A stretch of DNA of 64,000 nucleotides, taken from an uncultured Desulfobacteraceae bacterium. GTDB lineage: Bacteria > Desulfobacterota > DSM-4660 > Desulfatiglandales > Desulfatiglandaceae. Within the stretch, counting starts at the first letter, position 1. Every line of letters begins with the position of its first letter. Positions 36,609 to 44,498 of this stretch are shown here, in pieces. The stretch is from contig CAYPQJ010000002.1 of the NCBI GenBank assembly GCA_964412835.1, positions 2,006 to 66,005 on the forward strand. Reading direction: 5' to 3'. Under the pieces are notes generated by a model. The model was not told the origin of the DNA. It searched no databases and was given only the letters and a program-made list of their open reading frames with translations. The translations under genes were made by a program, and so were the position numbers.

Positions 36609-38240
36609 CTACCCCAAATCTTTAATTATTTCCACGAAAGCGGACTGTCCACTGCGGAGTACCCCGCCAAATCCGCCGCCCGGACTCCCCCAGGCTCCGG
36701 CCAGATACAGCCCCTTAACGGGGGTCCGGGTTTTGATGCGATCCATAAACGCATTGTCCACGGATTGTTCAAAACCGTAAATGGCGCCCTCCGGGTTGCG
36801 GGTATATCGCCAGTTGGTGAGCGGCGTGGCGGATTCGCTCACTTCAATCATGGAAGAAAGGTTGGGAACGACCTCATTTTCGGCCCTTTGAACGAGAATA
36901 TGCTTCCATCGCTTTTTTTCCTTCCCATAGGCAGTCTTTCTTCCAGCCCGATAGTCGGCCTCGAATTTCCGCCAGGGCTCATAGCCCGAAAGGAAAAGAA
37001 GCATCAGTGTGGAAGTCCCAGGCTTGGAATAACCCTTGAAAATGTTATCATAAATACTCACGCTGAATCCCCCGCGATCCACTTCCCCTTTAACGCATGA
37101 TTGATAATCCGCCTCGGGCCCTCTTCCTGACGCCACGTGGGTGGAAAACCCGGGGATTTTCCCGCGAATATCCCGGTTCAGCCCCAGCCACACAATAAAA
37201 GAAGACATGCTGGGTCTGTACCCTTCCAGTTTTTTCAGGTAATCAGTGGGTACCACACCGGAAGGCAGCATTGTTTTAAAGGTGGTCAACGCGCCGGCAT
37301 TGCTAACGACATATCGAGCCGGAAACATTTTTCTTTCCGCGGTCCGAACCCCGGCGACGGCGCCGCCTTTCATCTCAATTTTTTCAGCGGCGGTGTCATA
37401 ATGAAGGGTTCCACCCGCTTCCATAATGACCTCGGCCAGTGCGTTGCTGAGCGCCTGGGAACGTTGTTCGAAATAGTAGGAGCCGTTCTTGAGATACCCG
37501 CCGGTGGCATTGGCATAATAAAAGGCGGAGAGTTTCTCGGGGGGCAGTCCGTAATACCCCCAAAGGGCCGACAAGGCATTCCTGGCCTCCGGATTTTTAA
37601 CGTGTTTATCCAGCATCTGGGACAACGTCTTCTTACGGATATCCCACATTTTGGGATATTGGAAGGGAAAAAGAAGCTTGATGAATTTGCCCTTTTTTTC
37701 ACTCAGTTTGTTCACCTCTTCGGAAACACCGATCATTTCTTCAACAAATGACCGTATCCCATTTGCATCATTGGGAAAATTCCGGCTTAACATGTTGATG
37801 TAGGCATCGGGGTCTTTCTGGGGAACGGAAATGTCCAGCCCCGGACTCTTGAGCCGATATACCTCGGGAAGCGCCACCAGTTTCAGACGCTTGAGCACAC
37901 CCAATTCAGAGAGACATCGGGAGGTGCCGTTGTTGTGAATGGCCGTGCCGTGAAGGGAGACTTCAAATGTAAATTTGCCCCCGGCACGGTCAAAAGCCGT
38001 GGCATATCCTCCCGGAATATTATGCTGTTCCAGGATGGTCACGGGAAAGCCGGCCCGGGCCAGGTATGCGCCGCAACACAACCCCCCCAGGCCCGCCCCG
38101 ATAATCACCACCGGATACTCCGATTTTGGGCCTATGCTTTTGGCGAAGGCCGAAAACCGCTGCCGGTCCAGAGCCAAAGCGCCCGCCGTCATGGCGCTGA
38201 TGGACAAAAAGGTACGTCTGGAAATTTTTTGCTTAAACAT
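36609..38240 (-). CDS. Tat-signal-bearing FAD-dependent oxidoreductase of the phytoene desaturase/amine oxidase (CrtI-like) family
   Basis: Twin-arginine leader MFKQKISRRTFLSISAMTAGALALD. Dinucleotide fold VVIIGAGLGGLCCGAYLARAGFPVTILE. C-terminal GLYLAGAW. Confidence 0.75.
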   Translation of the reverse strand: MFKQKISRRTFLSISAMTAGALALDRQRFSAFAKSIGPKSEYPVVIIGAGLGGLCCGAYLARAGFPVTILEQHNIPGGYATAFDRAGGKFTFEVSLHGTAIHNNGTSRCLSELGVLKRLKLVALPEVYRLKSPGLDISVPQKDPDAYINMLSRNFPNDANGIRSFVEEMIGVSEEVNKLSEKKGKFIKLLFPFQYPKMWDIRKKTLSQMLDKHVKNPEARNALSALWGYYGLPPEKLSAFYYANATGGYLKNGSYYFEQRSQALSNALAEVIMEAGGTLHYDTAAEKIEMKGGAVAGVRTAERKMFPARYVVSNAGALTTFKTMLPSGVVPTDYLKKLEGYRPSMSSFIVWLGLNRDIRGKIPGFSTHVASGRGPEADYQSCVKGEVDRGGFSVSIYDNIFKGYSKPGTSTLMLLFLSGYEPWRKFEADYRAGRKTAYGKEKKRWKHILVQRAENEVVPNLSSMIEVSESATPLTNWRYTRNPEGAIYGFEQSVDNAFMDRIKTRTPVKGLYLAGAWGSPGGGFGGVLRSGQSAFVEIIKDLG

Positions 38241-38383
38241 GATCGCCTCCTTGCGAGTTAAAATAAAATCGGTTGGCCTTGACGCTAATCATGGATAAAA
38301 ATATCGTCCGCTGCAAATGGTGTGCGATGAAAGATCCGAATCAGGGTGTGAATTGTATCAGTGGAAGATGAGCTGAAAAGAGC

Positions 38384-38412
38384 TTGCAACATTGGAATCT
38401 CCAAGCCATAAT
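38384..38412 (+). promoter_or_regulatory. Sigma70-like promoter for the ferritin-like gene
   Basis: TTGCAA (38384-38389), 17 nt, CATAAT (38407-38412). Palindrome ATCAA-A-TTGAT (38443-38453) lies between the promoter and the RBS AAGGAG. Confidence 0.45.
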
Positions 38413-38473
38413 ATGGGCGGGTAGAAATCCGGTAGGACAAAAATCAAATTGATGGGTTTTAAGGAGAAATCAA

Positions 38474-38983
38474 ATGGGAGATAACCAGGAAATTCTGGAT
38501 GGACTGAAAACCGCCATGGAAGCGGAACTGACCGGTTTTAACTTTTACAAAATGGCGGCAGACAATGTGAAAGATGCCAACGCTAAAAAAACGCTGTCTC
38601 AAATGGCTGAAGAAGAAATGGGCCACTTTAAATATTTGCGGCATCAATACAAATCCGTGCTTGAAAAGGGAAACTATGACTTCGCCAGGGCATTCATCAA
38701 GAAGACTGAAGATGAAAACGAGAGCCCCATTTTCAGCGCCGCCATCAAAGATCGGATCAAGGACAGCCACTACGAGGTCAGTGTTCTGACCATCGGCATG
38801 AAACTTGAGATGGAAGCCATGATTTTTTACCGTTCCTGTGCGGAAAAAGCGGACTCAGTGGATGCCAAACAGTTTTACAATGAGCTTGCAGACTGGGAAC
38901 AGGGGCATTATAAAGCGTTTGAAAATGAGTTGGACATGCTGAAAGAAGACTACTGGGCGGCCAACGATTTTATACCCATGTAA
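38474..38983 (+). CDS. Ferritin-like / rubrerythrin-family di-iron protein (no rubredoxin domain)
   Basis: AMEAELTGFNFYKMAA...EEMGHFKYL and MEAMIFYRSCA...WEQGHYKAF give two E-x-x-H four-helix-bundle motifs. Confidence 0.7.
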   Translation: MGDNQEILDGLKTAMEAELTGFNFYKMAADNVKDANAKKTLSQMAEEEMGHFKYLRHQYKSVLEKGNYDFARAFIKKTEDENESPIFSAAIKDRIKDSHYEVSVLTIGMKLEMEAMIFYRSCAEKADSVDAKQFYNELADWEQGHYKAFENELDMLKEDYWAANDFIPM

Positions 38984-39003
38984 TCGTCATTTGGAGGCGG
39001 CAC

Positions 39004-40632
39004 ATGAAAACCTTTTCCGGAAATATTGTGGATGTGGTGAACGGCGAGATTTTCCCGGGAACCATTGACATAAGGAATGGAAAAATCCATGACATAAAAC
39101 GCCATAACCAGACCTATCAGCACTTCATCACGCCGGGATTCATTGACGCTCACGTCCACATTGAAAGTGCCATGATGCCGCCTTCCGAATTTGCTCGCAT
39201 CGCCGTGGCCCACGGCACGGTTGCCGCCGTATGCGATCCCCACGAGATTGCCAATGTGCTGGGGGTTCAGGGTGTAAAATACATGATGGAAAATGCTGTC
39301 GGGGTTCCCATGAAATTCTACTTTTCCGCCCCTTCCTGCGTTCCGGCCACCAATTTCGAAACCAGTGGGGCGCGGCTGACCCTGGAAGACACGGAAACCC
39401 TTCTGGAAATGCCCGAAATCAAATTTCTGGGGGAAATGATGAATTTCCCGGGCGTCATTTATGACGACCCGGAGGTCTTGAAGAAACTGGAGATGGCAAA
39501 AGCGCACCACAAGGCCATTGACGGACATTCTCCGGGGCTGGGTGGCGATGATCTCAAAAAATATATTGCCGCGGGGATTACGACGGACCATGAGTGTTTC
39601 ACCATGGACGAGGCACTGGAAAAGCTTTCCCTGGGCATGAGAATCCTAATCCGTGAAGGATCTGCGGTTCAAAACTTTGATGACCTGATCCCCATCGCGG
39701 ATGAGCACTACCGGAACTGTATGTTCTGTTCGGACGATAAGCACCCGGATGACCTTCAGAAAGGGCATATCAACGATCTGGTCAAACGAGCCCTTGATAG
39801 GGACCTGGACAAAATGAAAGTCCTCCGGATGGCCTGCATCAATCCCGTGACCCATTACGGCCTGGACGTGGGATGCCTTCAAAAAGGAGACCCGGCGGAT
39901 TTTCTCATCATCGATGACTTTGACCGGTTGCGGATTCAGCAGACCGTGATTCAGGGGGAAATTGTCGCGGAGAACGGCCGTAGCCTGCTGCCCCGGAAAC
40001 CGGCCGGGATCATCAACCGGTTTGCCGCAAACCCCAAGAAACCGGAAGACTTTTCCGTGCCCCATAAAAACCGGCCGGTCCACATCATGGATGTGATTGA
40101 CAGCCAGCTGATCACGCGTAAATCCTCTGACACATTGGAATCTTTAAACGGCTCTCCGGCATGTAATCTCGAAAAAGACATCCTCAAGATCGCCGTGGTC
40201 AATCGATATGAAGACCGTAAACCGGCCATCGGTTTTGTCCGAAACTTCGGTTTAAAACAGGGCGCCATTGCGGGTTCCATTGCCCACGACTCCCACAACA
40301 TTATCGCCGTGGGGACCACCGATGAGGAGATTTGCAGCGCCGTAAACCTCATCATCGCCAACAAGGGCGGCATCTGTGCGGTGTGTGAAACAAAAAACAT
40401 TCGGGAAATCCTACCCCTGCCCATTGCAGGACTCATGAGTGATAAAAATTTTGAGACCATCGCCCGCAAATATACCCGGCTTGACACCCTGGCAAAAGAG
40501 ATGGGATCCACTTTGCACGCGCCGTTTATGACCCTCTCCTTTATGGCGCTCCTGGTTATTCCGGAAATAAAATTGAGTGACAAGGGGCTATTTGATGGCA
40601 CCCGCTTTGAATTCATGGATCTTTTTTCTTAA
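39004..40632 (+). CDS. ade: Adenine deaminase
   Basis: 542 aa. PGFIDAHVHIESAMM, HGTVAAVCDPHEIANV, GITTDHEC, SIAHDSHNIIAVG. Confidence 0.9.
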   Translation: MKTFSGNIVDVVNGEIFPGTIDIRNGKIHDIKRHNQTYQHFITPGFIDAHVHIESAMMPPSEFARIAVAHGTVAAVCDPHEIANVLGVQGVKYMMENAVGVPMKFYFSAPSCVPATNFETSGARLTLEDTETLLEMPEIKFLGEMMNFPGVIYDDPEVLKKLEMAKAHHKAIDGHSPGLGGDDLKKYIAAGITTDHECFTMDEALEKLSLGMRILIREGSAVQNFDDLIPIADEHYRNCMFCSDDKHPDDLQKGHINDLVKRALDRDLDKMKVLRMACINPVTHYGLDVGCLQKGDPADFLIIDDFDRLRIQQTVIQGEIVAENGRSLLPRKPAGIINRFAANPKKPEDFSVPHKNRPVHIMDVIDSQLITRKSSDTLESLNGSPACNLEKDILKIAVVNRYEDRKPAIGFVRNFGLKQGAIAGSIAHDSHNIIAVGTTDEEICSAVNLIIANKGGICAVCETKNIREILPLPIAGLMSDKNFETIARKYTRLDTLAKEMGSTLHAPFMTLSFMALLVIPEIKLSDKGLFDGTRFEFMDLFS

Positions 40633-43447
40633 TTTCCTCCACCCTCACGGGAATCTCCTCCAGATCCAACCCCACCGCATCCCTGACGGCGTTCAGCACC
40701 GCCGGTGCAATGGGGACAACGGGCAACTCCCCGATCCCCTTGGCGCCCATGGGTCCCAAAGGATCCGGCACTTCCACGATAAGGGTTTCAATGGGGGGCG
40801 TATCGGTGGTTCGCGGCAAGTGATAGCGGTCAAAATTATCATTTTGAATGACACCCTCCACCACGTTGATCCGTTCCTTGAAACACCAACCCAGACCCAT
40901 GGCCACCCCCCCCTGCACCTGCCCCACGATCCCGGATGGATTGATGGCTTTCCCCACGTCCTGGGCCACCGCTACCTTTAAAACGCGAACACGCCCGGTT
41001 TTCTCGTTGACCGCCACCGCCACCGCCGCAGCCACATAACCCAGTGACGGTAAAATACGCTGATCAGGCCCGATTTCCGTGACGATTTGGGGGGGAAACA
41101 TGTTTTTCACCGGAGGCGTATAGATTTCGTTAACGGTGGGCAATTGACCCGACCCCGCACATTTTTGCGCCAGATCCTCAAAAGAAATAAACGCTCCGTC
41201 ATGGCGTTTCTCCCCGACCCCATCTGTTTTCAATACCAGAGAATCCAAAGGTTTTTGGAGCACCTGGGCCGCTGATTGGACCAGTTGTCTCTTGAACTTC
41301 ACCGCGGCCCGCAAGATGGCGCCGCCCGTTAGAAATACCTGCTGGCTGGCGCTGGTGAGCATTCGTGAGGTGGTATGGTCCGTGGATCCGGGGATAATCC
41401 GAATCCGGAGCATTGGTAAATCCAGCGCCTGGGCCGTAATGCGGCTCAAGGCATCCACCAGGCCCTGACCCAGTTCGCATCCTCCGGTATACACTTCAAA
41501 AATCCCGTTTTCGTCCAGGCGAAGGGTCACATCCGTGCTCCCCTCGGGAATCATGGTGGGGGTGCTGCTGTTTTTATACCCGGCGGCAAGACCAATCCCC
41601 AGCTTTTCCCCGCTTGGAACCCGCACGTCCGAGCGCATGGCCTTAATCACCGGCAAAAGGGATTCCAGGCACGCTTTCACCCCCACATCAGCCCCCATGA
41701 CCTGACCCCACTGGGAAACCTTGCCCATTTCCAGGGCATTTTTCATGCGCACATCCATGGGATCCAATCCCAGTCGGCGGGCCAACCGGTCCATCTGACA
41801 TTCCATGGCCAGGCACACCTGCGGAACCCCGAAACCGCGCATGGCACCCGATGTGGGGTTGTTGGTATAGGCGGCGGTGACTTTTACGTCCACATGATTT
41901 ACCGCATAGGGTCCGGTGGCAAAAACAACGGCGTTTTCCACCACCGCAAGGGTGGCCGAATGATACGCACCGGCATCCGCAGTCCCGCTTACCACACAAT
42001 GGGTGAGCCGACCCTTCCCATCAGCACCGGTTTCATAGTCCAGAACAAAAGGGTGTCGGTGGCTGTGAACCCGCATGGACTCTTCTCGGGTCAACCCCAG
42101 GCGCACGGGTCTTCCCATCAAACGGGTTCCCAGGGCGCAAAGGTGCTGGATGGTCAAGTCACCACGCCCGCCGAAAGCCCCGCCGGCCGGAAGCGTCCTG
42201 AGCCGGACCCGGTCCTCGGGCAGTTTACAGATGGCGGCGATCTGGTCCCGATAGCTGATGGGCGCCTGGCTGGCCGTAGCCACCACCAGGGTGCCATCCG
42301 GATCGAGATAGGTGAGACAGGCTTCCGGTTCCATGAACGCCGGGTCTACCATGGGGGTTCGGTACCGGCCTTTGATTACCACTTCCGCCAGTTCCCGACC
42401 CTTTGCAATATCCCCCTTCCGGCAGGTCAACCGGTGGGCAATATTCCCTTTGGGCGTCAAGCGAGGGGCATCGGGGGAAAGGGCTATTACGGGGTCAAAA
42501 ACCCCGCTTAAGGGTTCATAATCCACCTTTAACCGGTTTGCCCCGTCCTCTGCGGCTTCGGGTGTTTCCGCCAGCACCAGTGCAACCGCATCCGCCACGG
42601 AACGGATTTCAGTTTCCGCCAGCACCGGCTGATCGGAAAAGATCACACCAAATGTCTTTTTTCCGGGCAAATCCTTGTGGGTAATCACACGGGTTACCCC
42701 GTCCACTTGTTCAGCGGGTGCCGGATCAATGGATCGGATACGGGCACTTGGAAAGCGACTCCAGACCACTTTCGCCCACAGTTGACCCGGCATATGAAGA
42801 TCCCGGGCATAAAGCAGCGCTCCGTTTACTTTCTTTTCCGATGCCCGGGTAACGCCCGCAAAACTGTAGTCGGGTTGTTTCAGCAGGTGCCGTTTGAAAT
42901 GGGGGTCTGCCGCTGCCCGTACCGATTCAATAATCTTCTGATATCCGGTGCAGCGGCAGAGGTTTCCATGAAGCCCCCGCCGAATCTCTTTTTCCGTAGG
43001 ATACGGGTTGTCTCTTAAAAGGCAACCGGCGCTCAATACAAACCCGGGGGCACAGTAACCGCATTGGAAGACCCCCAGCTCGGAAAAAGTTCTCCGTACC
43101 CGCAGTAGGGCTTCCGAACCTTTCCCGGATCGTTCAATCCCCTCGATGGTGATGACGTTCATCCCCTCCAGATGCCGGGGGTTCACCACGCAGGACCGCA
43201 TGGGCGAATCGTTAATCAGAACCGTACAGGCACCGCAAACCCCCACACCACACCCGTATTTGCTGCCGTGAAGTGCCAGATCCCGCCGGAGAAATTCCAG
43301 AAGGCTCATCTCGCGGTCACCCGGAAAAACCACATCCCGCCCGTTCACCCTGAACAAAACCGTGGCCGGGGGCCGGCAATGAATCGGCATTCGGGCCGTT
43401 GTCAGCCCCATGCGCTTCAGGAACTGCTGTTGTGTGAGGAGCGGCAT
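40613..43447 (-). CDS. Molybdopterin aldehyde/xanthine oxidoreductase family protein with N-terminal 2x[2Fe-2S], no FAD domain (Mop-like)
   Basis: GCGVGVCGACTV and CRCTGYQKI cluster motifs, followed by ~750 aa of Mo-binding domains (GGAFGGRG, AGAMRGFG). Start uncertain: ATG 43447 is used, ATG 43390 is also possible, and the track start 43483 is TTG. Confidence 0.85.
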   Translation of the reverse strand: MPLLTQQQFLKRMGLTTARMPIHCRPPATVLFRVNGRDVVFPGDREMSLLEFLRRDLALHGSKYGCGVGVCGACTVLINDSPMRSCVVNPRHLEGMNVITIEGIERSGKGSEALLRVRRTFSELGVFQCGYCAPGFVLSAGCLLRDNPYPTEKEIRRGLHGNLCRCTGYQKIIESVRAAADPHFKRHLLKQPDYSFAGVTRASEKKVNGALLYARDLHMPGQLWAKVVWSRFPSARIRSIDPAPAEQVDGVTRVITHKDLPGKKTFGVIFSDQPVLAETEIRSVADAVALVLAETPEAAEDGANRLKVDYEPLSGVFDPVIALSPDAPRLTPKGNIAHRLTCRKGDIAKGRELAEVVIKGRYRTPMVDPAFMEPEACLTYLDPDGTLVVATASQAPISYRDQIAAICKLPEDRVRLRTLPAGGAFGGRGDLTIQHLCALGTRLMGRPVRLGLTREESMRVHSHRHPFVLDYETGADGKGRLTHCVVSGTADAGAYHSATLAVVENAVVFATGPYAVNHVDVKVTAAYTNNPTSGAMRGFGVPQVCLAMECQMDRLARRLGLDPMDVRMKNALEMGKVSQWGQVMGADVGVKACLESLLPVIKAMRSDVRVPSGEKLGIGLAAGYKNSSTPTMIPEGSTDVTLRLDENGIFEVYTGGCELGQGLVDALSRITAQALDLPMLRIRIIPGSTDHTTSRMLTSASQQVFLTGGAILRAAVKFKRQLVQSAAQVLQKPLDSLVLKTDGVGEKRHDGAFISFEDLAQKCAGSGQLPTVNEIYTPPVKNMFPPQIVTEIGPDQRILPSLGYVAAAVAVAVNEKTGRVRVLKVAVAQDVGKAINPSGIVGQVQGGVAMGLGWCFKERINVVEGVIQNDNFDRYHLPRTTDTPPIETLIVEVPDPLGPMGAKGIGELPVVPIAPAVLNAVRDAVGLDLEEIPVRVEEIKKKDP

Positions 43448-43508
43448 TTTTTTCTTCCAAAAAACAGGAAACGGGTAATTCAAATATGAAGGAGGTCTCG
43501 TTATTCAA

Positions 43509-43922
43509 TCAAAGGGCTGAAAGGACCGGTACAGCCTCGGCTTCGATGATTCTTTTATCTGCGGTAACCAGGGTGAGATCATAAACCAGCGCCGTGGCGG
43601 CAAGGAATCGATCCGCCGGATCTTGATGGGGCAGATCCACCAGTCGACTCCGGATTGCCACTTCCCGATTAACAGGTGCTTCCCTGAAAGGGATTCGCAG
43701 AAAAATATTACGCACTGCTTTGATACTGTCACCTTGAAATAAAATGCGTTTCTTTTCAGTAAGCAACAAAATTTCCCAAACGCTGATCGGTGAAAACCAG
43801 AGTGTATTTTCGAGATCCTCCAATTCACGGACAACCTTACGGGGAAGTCGGTCAGGCTCAGAGATGCTCCAAAGTATGATGTGCGTATCCAGTAGCAGCT
43901 TCAATTGTTTAATACCTCCCAT
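43509..43922 (-). CDS. vapC: PIN-domain toxin (VapC-like)
   Basis: LLLDTHIILWSISEP..., SPISVWEILLL, DPADRFLAATALVYDLTLVTADKRI. Confidence 0.8.
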   Translation of the reverse strand: MGGIKQLKLLLDTHIILWSISEPDRLPRKVVRELEDLENTLWFSPISVWEILLLTEKKRILFQGDSIKAVRNIFLRIPFREAPVNREVAIRSRLVDLPHQDPADRFLAATALVYDLTLVTADKRIIEAEAVPVLSAL

Positions 43923-44146
43923 TCCTCTTCATCTGAGGCCGGCGATACCACATCACCCACAATTTTAAGCTTGTCCCTCATGGAACCCATCCAGGAATCC
44001 GTATTTGGGGGGGGGGGAGGTGGACTGACCAGAGCGATGGGCTCCCCATTCCGGGTCACCAATAAGGGCTGTCCGGTTTTGTTCACATCATCCAGTAAGC
44101 GAAGACATGTCGCCTTGAATCTAGAGATCGGGATTGTTTGATTCAT
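43901..44146 (-). CDS. Type II antitoxin, Phd/YefM-like
   Basis: MNQTIPISRFKATCLRLLDDVNKTGQPLLVTRNGEPIALVSP, then a Pro6 linker and an acidic tail. Overlaps the toxin gene by 22 nt. Confidence 0.75.
   Translation of the reverse strand: MNQTIPISRFKATCLRLLDDVNKTGQPLLVTRNGEPIALVSPPPPPPNTDSWMGSMRDKLKIVGDVVSPASDEEEWEVLNN
44007..44017. repeat. Homopolymeric G11 (C11 on the coding strand) inside the antitoxin gene
   Basis: Direct count in gtatttGGGGGGGGGGGagg. It encodes most of the PPPPPP linker. Confidence 0.95.
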
Positions 44147-44182
44147 TCTTATCCAGCTCCTTTCAGAGTTACTGTTAAAAAA

Positions 44183-44211
44183 ATATTACCATAGTCAATG
44201 ACTATAGTCAA
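44183..44211 (-). promoter_or_regulatory. Near-consensus promoter with operator palindrome for the Phd-VapC operon
   Basis: On the - strand: TTGACT (44211-44206), 17 nt, TAATAT (44188-44183). The spacer contains the palindrome TAGTCA-T-TGACTA (44192-44204). RBS AGGAG follows, then ATG 44146. Confidence 0.55.
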
Positions 44212-44498
44212 CTTATCATTTGGTTGCGCATCCAACGCATGGGGGTTAAAATCAGGTGCTCAGTAAAAAGCCGGCTTTGAGGGGTGAAAATCCCGTGAAT
44301 TTGTGCAATCGATGCATCAGCGGTAGAGGCATACAGCTTGAAATTACAGAGAGATTGAGAAAAACGGTGTTTACCTCCCCTGAAGGGTGGGGTATAAGAA
44401 AAAAACAGAATGTCTTTTCCGTTTCACAAATGCCGTAAAAACCGCTTTGGTGCCCTGAAAATGAATACGCCGCGCTCATTAAAATCAGGAGAATGTAG

